Assembly (NCBI GenBank): GCA_964012805.1
Contig: CAXGUD010000008.1
Coordinates: 1 to 64,000, forward strand
Direction: 5' to 3'
Source of the DNA: an uncultured Bacteriovoracaceae bacterium
GTDB lineage: Bacteria; Bdellovibrionota; Bacteriovoracia; Bacteriovoracales; Bacteriovoracaceae
DNA: 64,000 nucleotides
Shown: piece by piece, positions 1-9,400 of the stretch
Numbering within the stretch: position 1 is the stretch's first letter
How the letters are laid out: each line of letters opens with the position of its first letter
Made by a program: the position numbers and the translations under genes
Notes under the pieces: model-generated
Seen by the model: the letters and a program-made list of their open reading frames with translations, nothing else
What the model was told of the DNA's origin: nothing
Database searches by the model: none

Positions 1-43
1 TTTAGCTAAAAAAAAAGTAACCAGATCGAAAAGGATATAAATT

Positions 44-1651
44 TTGGTGAAGGGGTTAGAAGACTTTTTATTCTTTTTCAAAAATAATGGAAATGAAAAT
101 ATTTTTAATAACCTTTACAGGGGAATTGAAAGGGAGGGACTCAGGGTAACTCCAAGTGGTGTTTTATCTGAAAAACCTCACCCAGGGATATTGGGTTCTG
201 CCTTGACTCACCCTAGTGTAACAACCGACTTTTCAGAGGCTTTGCTTGAGTTGGTTACCCCAAAGAGGGACTCTGTCCATGGTTGTTATGAAAAGTTAAA
301 GGATATTCACCACTTCGTATATAAGCATTTAGAAGAAGAGCTGATTTGGTGTGGAAGTATGCCAAGTGTTGTTAAGGGGGAGTCTTCTGTACCTATCGCT
401 TACTATGGAGAGTCTAATATTGGTAGAATGAAAACAATTTACAGAGAGGGTTTAAAGAATCGTTATGGAAGCTTGATGGAAATTATATCTGGAATTCATT
501 TCAACTTTAGTTTCTCTAATGAGTTTTGGGATTTTTTTAAAGAGTTTCTCGTCTCTCAAGGTGTAACAGTTGAGGCACCTCAAAAAGAATTCATATCCCA
601 TTCTTATTTCGGCTTGATTAGAAATGTCCAAAAATGGGGCTGGGTAATTCCATATTTTTTTGGTGCTTCACCAGCTCTTTGCGGAAGCTTCCTAGGAGCC
701 TCTAAATCTATACCTTCTTTTTTGGAAAAGTTTGATAATAAGGGGACTTATTTTTCACCTATGTCCACATCCTTAAGGTTAAGCGGGATTGGTTATAAAA
801 ACTCTAACCAAGATAAATTAAATATTTCCTATAATAGTTTGAGAGAATACGTAGATGGTCTTCAAAAAGCCATAAACACGAATTATGGCCCTTGGGAGGC
901 GATAGGTTTAAAAAATGATAAAGGTGATTTTAAACAGCTTAATACTAACCTTCTTCAGATTGAAAATGAATATTATAGTACAATAAGACCAAAGAGGATT
1001 GTTCCTTCCGGCACTTCTCCCAGTTTGGGTTTGTTAGAAAAGGGTGTTGAATATATAGAGCTGAGGTCTTTAGATATCAACCCTTTTGCTGTTGCAGGTA
1101 TAAGTGAAGAACAAATAAGGTTTTTAGATATATTTTTAATTTATTGTCTTCTTTCCGAAAGGCCAGAGTTTAGCAAAAAAGAATATGATTTGTATGAACA
1201 AAACTTCTCAGCCGTTGTTCTTGGAGGACAAGATAGGAAATTATCCCTTTTTGATGAAGAGGGAGGCCGCAAACCTCTAAAAGAGCAATTAAAAAGCTTA
1301 TTTTCTGGCTTGGAAGTTGTCGTAGAACTTTTTGATCATCATACTTCTACTGAACAAAGTGGTGAATATAGAAAGGTTTTGGAAAAATATAGGAAAGTAT
1401 TTGAGGGGAAAGAGTTAAGCCTTTCAGAGCTCATGATTCAAGAAATGAAGTCAAAAGAATTGTCTTACAGTGAGCTGATTTCAAGTTTATCAAAAGAGAA
1501 TAAGAAGTTCTTCACTGAAAAAGAAATGGATTCTGATAAAGAGAAGCACTTTATTGGCCAGTCTGAGAAGTCTAAAGTTGAGCACTTAAAGATAGAGAGA
1601 AAAAAACGGGAACCTTTTGATATTTTCGTCAAGAAGTACCTAGGTCGATAA
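44..1651 (+). CDS. gshA: glutamate--cysteine ligase
   Basis: RGIEREGLRV, TTDFSEALLELVTP, ISGIHFNFS, LLQIENEYYSTIRPK and YIELRSLDINPF motifs. Confidence 0.95.
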   Translation: MVKGLEDFLFFFKNNGNENIFNNLYRGIEREGLRVTPSGVLSEKPHPGILGSALTHPSVTTDFSEALLELVTPKRDSVHGCYEKLKDIHHFVYKHLEEELIWCGSMPSVVKGESSVPIAYYGESNIGRMKTIYREGLKNRYGSLMEIISGIHFNFSFSNEFWDFFKEFLVSQGVTVEAPQKEFISHSYFGLIRNVQKWGWVIPYFFGASPALCGSFLGASKSIPSFLEKFDNKGTYFSPMSTSLRLSGIGYKNSNQDKLNISYNSLREYVDGLQKAINTNYGPWEAIGLKNDKGDFKQLNTNLLQIENEYYSTIRPKRIVPSGTSPSLGLLEKGVEYIELRSLDINPFAVAGISEEQIRFLDIFLIYCLLSERPEFSKKEYDLYEQNFSAVVLGGQDRKLSLFDEEGGRKPLKEQLKSLFSGLEVVVELFDHHTSTEQSGEYRKVLEKYRKVFEGKELSLSELMIQEMKSKELSYSELISSLSKENKKFFTEKEMDSDKEKHFIGQSEKSKVEHLKIERKKREPFDIFVKKYLGR

Positions 1652-1695
1652 CATTGAACAAAGTCAGTTCCCGTATTAAATCTAGACTTTTACCA

Positions 1696-3729
1696 CTATT
1701 TTTCGAAGTTAATCCGAACTCTTTTGTAGTGACCTTTTCCTATTGAAGACGTTGAGACTCGTGGATCGTTATTTAAAAACTGATGAACAATGTAGCGGTC
1801 TGAAGGTGACATTGTATCAGTTATAACTGAGTTTTTTCTCTTTACGGCTTTATCTCTTAGCTTTTGTGCCAGTACCTCAAGCCTTCTTTCATGTGAATTT
1901 ATAAAGTCAGAAGTGTTAATTTGGATAGTAAAAGCTTTTTCCAAATTGATTAGTTTGCTTAGGTGCTTTCTAAGAAGATACTCTAGAGAGCTTAAAAGCT
2001 CTCCATCGTTAGCGGAGAATAATGCCTCATCCTCTCCTGTAATTTGTCCGATAAGTTTTTTTCCTTCCTTGCTCACTTCAAAGTCTACATTGAAAGGTGA
2101 GTTTGCAAAAAAGCCTTTAAGGTATTCTGTAATAATTTCTTTATAAAGAGGCTTTATTTTAAATTCATATTTAATCTTTCTTGGCCCAATAAGCCCAAAA
2201 TACTTTCTTTTTCCTTTTTCTAATATTGTATTTTCTAAGAAAGACTGGTTTTTGATCTTAAAATGGAGCATAGCTTGAGACTCTGCATCCTTCAGGTTAG
2301 TAGAAGTGATCACCAGTTTTCTTTGTGAGAATGTTTTCTTATTTTTTAAATCCTTATCTCTATTCATCATTGTTTTTGAATCCTTTAGTTTTGTGGCATT
2401 AACTTGGCGCTTTCTACTTTCGATGGATGGTAAGTGAGTTTCTTTTCTCTTTTCTTGTGCGCTATTTCTTCTGCCTATTTTTTTGTTTTCAAGTGGTCTT
2501 CTCTTATTATCCTTTTTCTTTATTGATTTTTCCAGATCAATTATTTTTCCAGGCTTCCTTTCTAAGCTGGGCCTTTCTCCAATGTCAAAAATAAACATAT
2601 CGTTAGTTAAGGTTTCTTTTGTAACGCTTTCTTTCAGAACGCTTTCAATAGCGTCTAAGTATTCACAATCGTAAAAACCACAGAAGCTTATTGCGCGGCC
2701 TTCAGTACCAGCTCTTCCTGTCCTTCCGATACGGTGAATATAATTCGAAGGGTCTTGTGGAAGGTCGTAGTTAATAACTAGGTTTACATCCTTAATATCT
2801 AGACCTCTTGCAGCAACATCCGTACATACCAATATTTTTGTTTTTTTCGATCTAAAGTCTGAGAGTAGCTTTGTCCTTTTATTTTGTGCAAGATCTCCTG
2901 AGATACCTTCAGCTGGAAAGTTTAATTTCTTCAACCATGTTGCAACAACATGAGTCTCGGACTTTGTATTACAGAAAATCAGAGCATAAGCTTCAGTATT
3001 TTCTTTAAGGATATATGTGAGAAGTGGCATTTTTTCATTATCGCCAACTTGAGCAACAGTATGCTGAATTTTGTCCACAACAAGGTTAGACGAAAGAAGG
3101 TTAATTTGTTTTGGTTCTGCATTAAATCTATAAGCGATACTAGAAAGTTCATGGTTTCCTGTGGCTGAAAACATCATTAACTGTCTTTCCTTAGGTGTTT
3201 GATAGAGAAGAAAACAAATTTCGTCTTTAAAACCCATGTCAAGGAGTCTATCGGCTTCATCGAGTACAACTCCCTTAATTGTTTTAAAGTTTAGAATTTT
3301 TTGTTGAAAAAGATCTTTCAGTCTTCCTGGCGTAGCAATTATAAAGTGAGGTTTTTTAGAAATAGATTCTTTCTGTTTTTGAATATTTTCTCCACCAATG
3401 AGCAGGGAGGAGTGAATGCCCAATGATTTACCTATTGACTTGCAGACTTCATGGGTTTGCTGAGCGAGTTCTCTAGTTGGGCTTAAAACTATATATCTGA
3501 TTTCTTTTTTGTCTCTGTCTTGTTCTTTAAGAATTTGATTAATAAGTGGGATAATAAACGCTGCGGTCTTTCCACTTCCTGTCTCGGCCAGTGCAATTAT
3601 ATCTTCAGATTCTTTTAAATGAGGAATAACATTTTCTTGAATGGGCGTAGGTGTCTTGAATTTTATGTTGTCTAGGGATTGAAGCAGGGGATTTTCAAGG
3701 TTTAGTTGTTCGAAAGTAATTTCTGACAT
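1696..3729 (-). CDS. DEAD-box RNA helicase with C-terminal Jag_N/KH/R3H (KhpB-like) module
   Basis: AETGSGKT, PTRELA, DEAD, SAT and HRIGRTGR motifs; C-terminus has Jag_N-like EKGKRKYFGLIG, a KH-like segment and R3H RYIVH. Confidence 0.9.
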   Translation of the reverse strand: MSEITFEQLNLENPLLQSLDNIKFKTPTPIQENVIPHLKESEDIIALAETGSGKTAAFIIPLINQILKEQDRDKKEIRYIVLSPTRELAQQTHEVCKSIGKSLGIHSSLLIGGENIQKQKESISKKPHFIIATPGRLKDLFQQKILNFKTIKGVVLDEADRLLDMGFKDEICFLLYQTPKERQLMMFSATGNHELSSIAYRFNAEPKQINLLSSNLVVDKIQHTVAQVGDNEKMPLLTYILKENTEAYALIFCNTKSETHVVATWLKKLNFPAEGISGDLAQNKRTKLLSDFRSKKTKILVCTDVAARGLDIKDVNLVINYDLPQDPSNYIHRIGRTGRAGTEGRAISFCGFYDCEYLDAIESVLKESVTKETLTNDMFIFDIGERPSLERKPGKIIDLEKSIKKKDNKRRPLENKKIGRRNSAQEKRKETHLPSIESRKRQVNATKLKDSKTMMNRDKDLKNKKTFSQRKLVITSTNLKDAESQAMLHFKIKNQSFLENTILEKGKRKYFGLIGPRKIKYEFKIKPLYKEIITEYLKGFFANSPFNVDFEVSKEGKKLIGQITGEDEALFSANDGELLSSLEYLLRKHLSKLINLEKAFTIQINTSDFINSHERRLEVLAQKLRDKAVKRKNSVITDTMSPSDRYIVHQFLNNDPRVSTSSIGKGHYKRVRINFEK

Positions 3730-3911
3730 TTTAGTAATATTACCTATTTTGATTGTTTAAAGGTTAGCCTCAATAATTATTAAATTTTTTAGGCTAATAA
3801 AAGGGGGTTTTTAAAATATTTTGAACTTTTTAACTAAAATAAGGCGCAGAGTCAAGGATTTTGTTGATTTAGGGGCTTGATTACAGGGTGTTGGCTTAAT
3901 GTGTTGCGAAA

Positions 3912-4622
3912 CTAAGGCTGTTTGTCACTCTTGCCGGATAATTCCCAAGATTCTTTGGTCCAATTAAAGATTTCGTAAGGCTTAAATTGGTTTTTATAGG
4001 CCATGGATGAGTTTGATGGTATAAAATATCCTAGGTAATAGAAAGGAATAGAAAGCTCTTTAGCATATTTAATTTCATATAAAGCCCCAAAAATACCTAA
4101 GCTTCTTTTTGAAAAATCTGGGTCAAAGATAAAATAAACACTGCTCAAGCCTCTATGGCCTATATCAAGGAAGCCTACAGCTATAAGCTTTTCTTTTAGA
4201 CTGTACTCCATTTGAAAGGATGGACAAGAAACATAAAAGTGAGAGATTTTGAATTCGCCTGGAGAGCTTTCCTGGTTAAATCTCGTTCTAGAGTGCTTAA
4301 GATAGAGTTCAAAGATTTCGTCTCTATACTCCAGCGGCTTTACTTTTATTTCAATATCGCTATTTTTTTTAAAAACCTTTTTCTGAGAATTGGTTGGGGT
4401 GAATTCATCGGTTAAAACTCTAAGAGGAAGGCAGGAAGCACAACTTGGACACTTGGGTCTGTAAAAGTAAATTCCAAACTTTCTCCAACCTGCTTCCAAC
4501 AGCTCATCTAATTCAGGTTTTGATAAGTTGTAGGCTAAGAAAAATTCATTACATGATTCCTTTCCATCGATATAAGGACAACTAATTATGGGACTCATTT
4601 CTTTCTTTAATAAAACCTTCAT
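3912..4622 (-). CDS. ate: arginyl-tRNA--protein transferase family (Ate/Bpt)
   Basis: CPY, GWRKFG..FYRPKCPSCASC, LSSVYFIFDPD, SLG and YYYLGYFI..SMAYK. Confidence 0.9.
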   Translation of the reverse strand: MKVLLKKEMSPIISCPYIDGKESCNEFFLAYNLSKPELDELLEAGWRKFGIYFYRPKCPSCASCLPLRVLTDEFTPTNSQKKVFKKNSDIEIKVKPLEYRDEIFELYLKHSRTRFNQESSPGEFKISHFYVSCPSFQMEYSLKEKLIAVGFLDIGHRGLSSVYFIFDPDFSKRSLGIFGALYEIKYAKELSIPFYYLGYFIPSNSSMAYKNQFKPYEIFNWTKESWELSGKSDKQP

Positions 4623-4653
4623 ATTTAGATTTTATTATAGAATCGGGAATAAG

Positions 4654-5820
4654 TCATTTAGGTAGTCCGTTAGGTTTTGTCAGAAGGACAACAGTTTCAT
4701 AATGTTGAGTTGAAGGAAAGAGGTCAAATAAATGTATTTCATTTAATTTGTAACCGATCTTAATTATAGGAGCTAAGTCCCTTTTTAGTACAGATGGGTT
4801 GCAAGAAATAAAAAATAAAAAGTTCGGTTTGAAGTATTCAGCCCATTTTTCAAGGCCTTTTATACCAGCTCTAGGAGGATCAATGATCATCCCCTCAACC
4901 TTTTTATTTTTGGTTAATGCAACCAAATCTTGAAGTATATTTTTTTGGTAAAGGTTTTTTTTATGAAATGTCTGGTATGGAGATAGTGAGTGATCATTTA
5001 TTTGGCAGCTATCAATAACTATGACAGGTGTTCTGAGTTGTCTTGTTAAATTACCATTCCCACCAAATAAATCTAGAATAATATTTTTATTAGAGTTTTC
5101 TAAAAGGGACTCTGCCTTTTCAGTTAAAAATTTTTTTAACTTTAGGTTCATTTCTTCAAAAACCTGGCTAAACCCTAAATGAGAATAAGGCTTGTTAACA
5201 GCTATGGAGGGAGAGTCTTTATCCTGATTATAGATCTCTATATGACCTTTCTTAGAAGCAGAAGAAGGGAAACTTTTTTTTATGAGTTCAAGCCATTTTT
5301 TCCCATTATAAAGAGACTGTAACTCGTTTTCAGTTTTTGAGTCTAAAATTTTGCAATCAGGGATTTCAATAATTTCATTTAACTTTGTATTTTTTAGGCC
5401 CAATTTCTTTTTTGGTAAGTTATAATGAAGCTGAACCCTATTTCTATATTGAAGCCTTCTAATTGCAAAATGAAGAGTGGCTTCAATCGATTCAGGTAAG
5501 GAATTTGTAAGAGGTAGGAGGTGCCTTTCTAGCGATTGCTTTTTAAATAGTATTTCATTTTCGTAAGTCGTATGTAGATATTGACAGCCGGGACATTCCC
5601 AGTAGTGAGGGCATTCAGGGTCTACTCTATCTTTGGACTCTAATTCAATATCATCAGCATTTTTAATAAAACCAAAAGAGACTCCTTTTGCCTCTTTGTA
5701 GATGGTAGCTTGACCTATCTCACCTGGTAGCGTTTTCTCAATGAAAGTGATTTTGCTTTTCTTTGAGACGCCTTGACCTAAAGGGTCTATATGTTCAATT
5801 TCAAAAGGCCGTTGCTCCAA
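4654..5820 (-). CDS. RNA m5U methyltransferase, RlmD/TrmA family
   Basis: TRAM-like N-terminus, CPHYWECPGCQ Fe-S motif, DLFGGNG, DPPRAG, ISCNP and DLFPSTQHYE. Confidence 0.9.
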   Translation of the reverse strand: MEQRPFEIEHIDPLGQGVSKKSKITFIEKTLPGEIGQATIYKEAKGVSFGFIKNADDIELESKDRVDPECPHYWECPGCQYLHTTYENEILFKKQSLERHLLPLTNSLPESIEATLHFAIRRLQYRNRVQLHYNLPKKKLGLKNTKLNEIIEIPDCKILDSKTENELQSLYNGKKWLELIKKSFPSSASKKGHIEIYNQDKDSPSIAVNKPYSHLGFSQVFEEMNLKLKKFLTEKAESLLENSNKNIILDLFGGNGNLTRQLRTPVIVIDSCQINDHSLSPYQTFHKKNLYQKNILQDLVALTKNKKVEGMIIDPPRAGIKGLEKWAEYFKPNFLFFISCNPSVLKRDLAPIIKIGYKLNEIHLFDLFPSTQHYETVVLLTKPNGLPK

Positions 5821-5840
5821 AAGGGTTCTCCGTGAAAATA

Positions 5841-5871
5841 AAAAAAAAGGAGGTTAGCGCCTCCTTTTTTT
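5841..5871. terminator. intrinsic terminator, A/T-flanked (possibly bidirectional)
   Basis: AAAAAAAAGGAGG-ttagcg-CCTCCTTTTTTT perfect stem, downstream of the 5893..6777 gene. Confidence 0.8.
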
Positions 5872-5892
5872 AAAAAAATATATGTGATTTTT

Positions 5893-6777
5893 TTAGATCG
5901 TCTGAATACCTAGTTTAGTATCATTTTTTACCTGAAAGGCTTTTTGGAACTTTAACCACTCATTGTGAACTTCAGTTTTCGAACCTGAATGAAACTTTTT
6001 TACGAGTTTATCTTCAGCACCATAACGGAATGTAAAGGCTTTTGTTTTTAAGTTTTTGTAAGTCTCTTGAACACGAGTTGTATGCCTAGCATGGTCATCT
6101 ACATGAACAATACAAGGGCTTGTTGTATTGTATTTTTTCATTAACACTTGAGTCATTTCACCTTTATGCAGTCCCGCTGTCATAAAAACGCCCTTTGTAA
6201 AGAGCACCTTTCTTTGTTTTTTCTTGGAGTCCTTGCCATACGGAAGGAAAAACTCTTTGCTTCCTTTTCCTAATGATGATTTAGAAAAATCTAAATTATT
6301 TTTATTTAACTCTCTTAAGGTAGCCTCCATGTTATTACCGCCTCTAGAAGTTAAAATAACAACTTTGTGGCCGTCTTTTTGAAGCTTCTTGACGAAGGCA
6401 ACCGTTTTATCTTCAACAGGTCTCATTCCCCCATTAAGGAATAGTTCCTGGGTAATATTTAGAAGTGTGTAGAAGTCTTTTGAAACTTTAAACTTCGATT
6501 CAGGGTTTTTGTTGTCGCCTAAAAGCTTTGATTGCCAGGTAAACCATTGGTCACTTCCTAAAGGTTTTTTCATGGCGAGTAATGTATTATCAAGGTCGAG
6601 GAAAACGAGTACATTTTTTTCTCCACCACATGATTTAGAGATATTCCCAATTGTTTTTTCAACAAATGAAATTTTATCAGTGTCATAATGACCCTCTAAA
6701 TTTTTTTCACTACAAGCAAGTGAGTTAATTGAAAATAGAGTCAGTAAAACTGGTAATGCAAAGGTTTTATATTTCAT
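5893..6777 (-). CDS. secreted HAD-superfamily protein (DUF2608-like)
   Basis: signal peptide; HAD motifs FLDLDNTLL, ILTSR, HKG and VDD. Confidence 0.7.
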   Translation of the reverse strand: MKYKTFALPVLLTLFSINSLACSEKNLEGHYDTDKISFVEKTIGNISKSCGGEKNVLVFLDLDNTLLAMKKPLGSDQWFTWQSKLLGDNKNPESKFKVSKDFYTLLNITQELFLNGGMRPVEDKTVAFVKKLQKDGHKVVILTSRGGNNMEATLRELNKNNLDFSKSSLGKGSKEFFLPYGKDSKKKQRKVLFTKGVFMTAGLHKGEMTQVLMKKYNTTSPCIVHVDDHARHTTRVQETYKNLKTKAFTFRYGAEDKLVKKFHSGSKTEVHNEWLKFQKAFQVKNDTKLGIQTI

Positions 6778-6899
6778 GTTTTTCTCTCCAAAAGAAAACT
6801 CAATTAGTTATGGTTTCCTATTAGTTTGCTTTCGGAAATTTGTCAAAATAAATAGTTGGAATTGTTTTTTTTTCATGCTTTTTGCGATGATTTTAAGCT

Positions 6900-7535
6900 T
6901 TAGCTGCTGATTTCTTTTTTTGTTAATTCAATCAAAAAGACCCTAATTTTATCAATAGTTTCCATTGAAAAGTCAGTTAAAATATTTGGGTTGTATGGTA
7001 AATAGTCATAGAGTATTTGGTCAAAAAAAGACTGAATTGCCTGCATACCTAAATAAAGTTCAGCAAAGTATTCAATATCTCCCTCGTTCCACTTATCTAC
7101 TAGTGGACTTAAATCGCTATGACTTGAGCAAAAAGAACATCCTTCACACTGTCCATCGTTAATGATGTATTGAAGGTGTGATTCAGCCTCTAAAGCGATT
7201 TGGGCTTCTCTTTCAGGGCTCCCCTTTTCGAATAATTCAATGTAATTTTCAATCAAGTTTAAATCCGATTTTTGAGCCTCCAAGAAAAAGCTTTCGCAAA
7301 AAGAGGTATAAAGCGAAGAAAAAATTATATCTTCAAGAAGAAATAATGAAAGTTCTTCATCATTACCGGCTTCATTTTTTAACTGACTAAAGCCTTCAAG
7401 GGCAAAATAAATAGGGTGGGAATCTGACTTCTCAAGTTCTTTTAAGAAATCATATATTTCCAGTGGGAATTCTTCACTCTCTTGTTTGAAAGATTCATTT
7501 TTATTGAATGATGTATTTCGTTTAAAAAATTCCAT
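6900..7535 (-). CDS. acidic hypothetical protein with CxxCxxCxxH motif
   Basis: 211-aa ORF with RBS; CEGCSFCSSH. Confidence 0.7.
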   Translation of the reverse strand: MEFFKRNTSFNKNESFKQESEEFPLEIYDFLKELEKSDSHPIYFALEGFSQLKNEAGNDEELSLFLLEDIIFSSLYTSFCESFFLEAQKSDLNLIENYIELFEKGSPEREAQIALEAESHLQYIINDGQCEGCSFCSSHSDLSPLVDKWNEGDIEYFAELYLGMQAIQSFFDQILYDYLPYNPNILTDFSMETIDKIRVFLIELTKKEISS

Positions 7536-7673
7536 AATTTAAACCCCCTAACTTATACTAATCCTATTTTATATTTTATTCTGGTTAGTTTTCAGGCGGA
7601 ATTATGATTTAAGTATATTATTTTTTAAAGCTTGATCGTTCTTGTGGGGTAAATACATGAGTCCTACGGTTTT

Positions 7674-7702
7674 TTGACACTAATTAATTTTGTTTTTAAA
7701 AT
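7674..7702 (+). promoter_or_regulatory. sigma70-type promoter for the parA-like operon
   Basis: TTGACA-17 nt-TAAAAT, 34 nt upstream of the GTG start. Confidence 0.65.
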
Positions 7703-7736
7703 TATAATTTGAAATCTCGTAGAAAAGGAATTCTTT

Positions 7737-8840
7737 GTGATTGAAAAAAATTTTCCTTTAAAAAAAATACTCGATATTTTCTCTGCACACTCAAGAAAAG
7801 GTGATCTAGAGGAACTAGAACGCCAAGGTTATATAAATAAATCCAAAAGATTTCGCTCAGGTGCTATTGTAAAAAAAGGATGGGGAATAGAATCTTTACC
7901 TCAGATAGGTGAACACATCGGCTTCTTTCCAAGATTTTCACAACCCGTAGCTGTCTCAGTTTTTACGACTAAAGGAGGAGTTCTAAAAAGCACTCTTGCT
8001 TTAAATCTCGCCAGGGTTGCAGCCTTACATAACGTAAAAACATGTGTTGTTGGCTTGGATATCCAGGGAGATATTACGACGGCTCTGGGATTTGAGAATG
8101 ATATAGAGGATTCGGAAGACTTACATTCGATTCTTGATCGGTTGAATAATACAAAGGGATTGGCTGACTTATTTAATGGTCAAACCAGACTGGGTGATGT
8201 CATTCAGCCTACAGATTTAGATCGACTTTTCCTAATACCTGAGACTCCGGAACTTGTTGCTATGAATGATTCTTTAGGAAATATTCATAGACGGGAATTT
8301 TGGATCAAGGAAAAAATAGTTGAAAAGTTGAAAAAGGACTTTGATCTAGTAATCATGGATTGTTCGCCTAATTGGAATCAGTTGACTACTAACGCTTTAG
8401 TCGGTTGTGATGTTCTCATTTCACCTTTAGAGTGTAAGATAAATAATTTCAGAAATTTCAAGGTTTTTAGACATTTTCTAAATGAATTTAAAGAAGAAAT
8501 GAAAATGTCCTTTAAAACTATCTTTGTACCAACAAGATTTAGTGTCAACAGAAAGCTGAGTCTTGAAATTAGAAGTTGGTACGAAAATAATGTGGAAGGA
8601 TGCACCCAATGTGGATTAAGAGAAAGTGTGTTAGGGGAAGAAGCTACAGCTCTTTACAGCTCCGTTCTTGAGCATGTTCCTGGAAAAGTACCAGCTAAAG
8701 AAATGAAAAACCTTCTTCAAGAAATTCACTCTATTGTGCAAGAAAATATAGATCAAAAAAATCGGGGTGATTTCTATTCAATAAATGGGTATAGCCCTGT
8801 GGGAAATGGTGACCCTGTTTTTGGCAGAGAGTTTAGGTAA
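7737..8840 (+). CDS. ParA/MinD-family ATPase with N-terminal extension
   Basis: deviant Walker A KGGVLKST, GLDIQG, Walker B VIMDCSP, TTNAL. Confidence 0.9.
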   Translation: MIEKNFPLKKILDIFSAHSRKGDLEELERQGYINKSKRFRSGAIVKKGWGIESLPQIGEHIGFFPRFSQPVAVSVFTTKGGVLKSTLALNLARVAALHNVKTCVVGLDIQGDITTALGFENDIEDSEDLHSILDRLNNTKGLADLFNGQTRLGDVIQPTDLDRLFLIPETPELVAMNDSLGNIHRREFWIKEKIVEKLKKDFDLVIMDCSPNWNQLTTNALVGCDVLISPLECKINNFRNFKVFRHFLNEFKEEMKMSFKTIFVPTRFSVNRKLSLEIRSWYENNVEGCTQCGLRESVLGEEATALYSSVLEHVPGKVPAKEMKNLLQEIHSIVQENIDQKNRGDFYSINGYSPVGNGDPVFGREFR

Positions 8841-8846
8841 ATAATT

Positions 8847-9206
8847 ATGGCGATTTGTCTAGATGATCTAAAGAAAAACAAAAAAACTTCCAAAGACCTT
8901 ACGCGGACTACAAAGCCAAGGTCCTTAAGGCCATGGGAGTCTTATGACGAAATTGAAGGGCAGACGAGAACAGTGGGAGCACAAGAGGCAGTGGTAAAGG
9001 CTAGAGAAATTGTTAAGTTAAATAATGAAATGGTTGAGGAATTAAGAGAGGGCGTCAAATCAGCTGAAAAGCTAAAAGAGTTAGATAAAAAGTTAGAGGG
9101 AAATAACTCTTTTTCCTCAAAGCTTAAGTCTACTGGAAAAAAACCTTATAAAATAAAAAGTAAGGGTGGAATTTTTGGTCTTTTTCGAGATATCTTTAGA
9201 AACTAA
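8847..9206 (+). CDS. small basic hypothetical protein, putative ParA partner
   Basis: 6 nt after parA; LRPWE motif, helical middle, amphipathic C-terminus GGIFGLFRDIFRN. Confidence 0.75.
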   Translation: MAICLDDLKKNKKTSKDLTRTTKPRSLRPWESYDEIEGQTRTVGAQEAVVKAREIVKLNNEMVEELREGVKSAEKLKELDKKLEGNNSFSSKLKSTGKKPYKIKSKGGIFGLFRDIFRN

Positions 9207-9235
9207 ATTTATGTGTCGCAGTGAGGCTTCAAGAA

Positions 9236-9400
9236 ATGAAAAAAAGATCAAAGAAGGTAAAACATAACCACTCTGAAAAAAAGAAGGCTTATCAAAAGCA
9301 GAATTTTCAGCAAGCCAAATCTTTTGGTAAGGTTCAACTTTCTGTTCTTTTACTGATGATTGCTTGCTCAGTTTTCTTGGTTTTTCTTAATATGAATTAA
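9236..9400 (+). CDS. 54-aa basic protein with C-terminal hydrophobic helix (absent from the ORF track)
   Basis: manual translation MKKRSKKVKHNHSEKKKAYQKQNFQQAKSFGKVQLSVLLLMIACSVFLVFLNMN*; GAGG upstream; fills the gap to the convergent gene. Confidence 0.6.
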   Translation: MKKRSKKVKHNHSEKKKAYQKQNFQQAKSFGKVQLSVLLLMIACSVFLVFLNMN

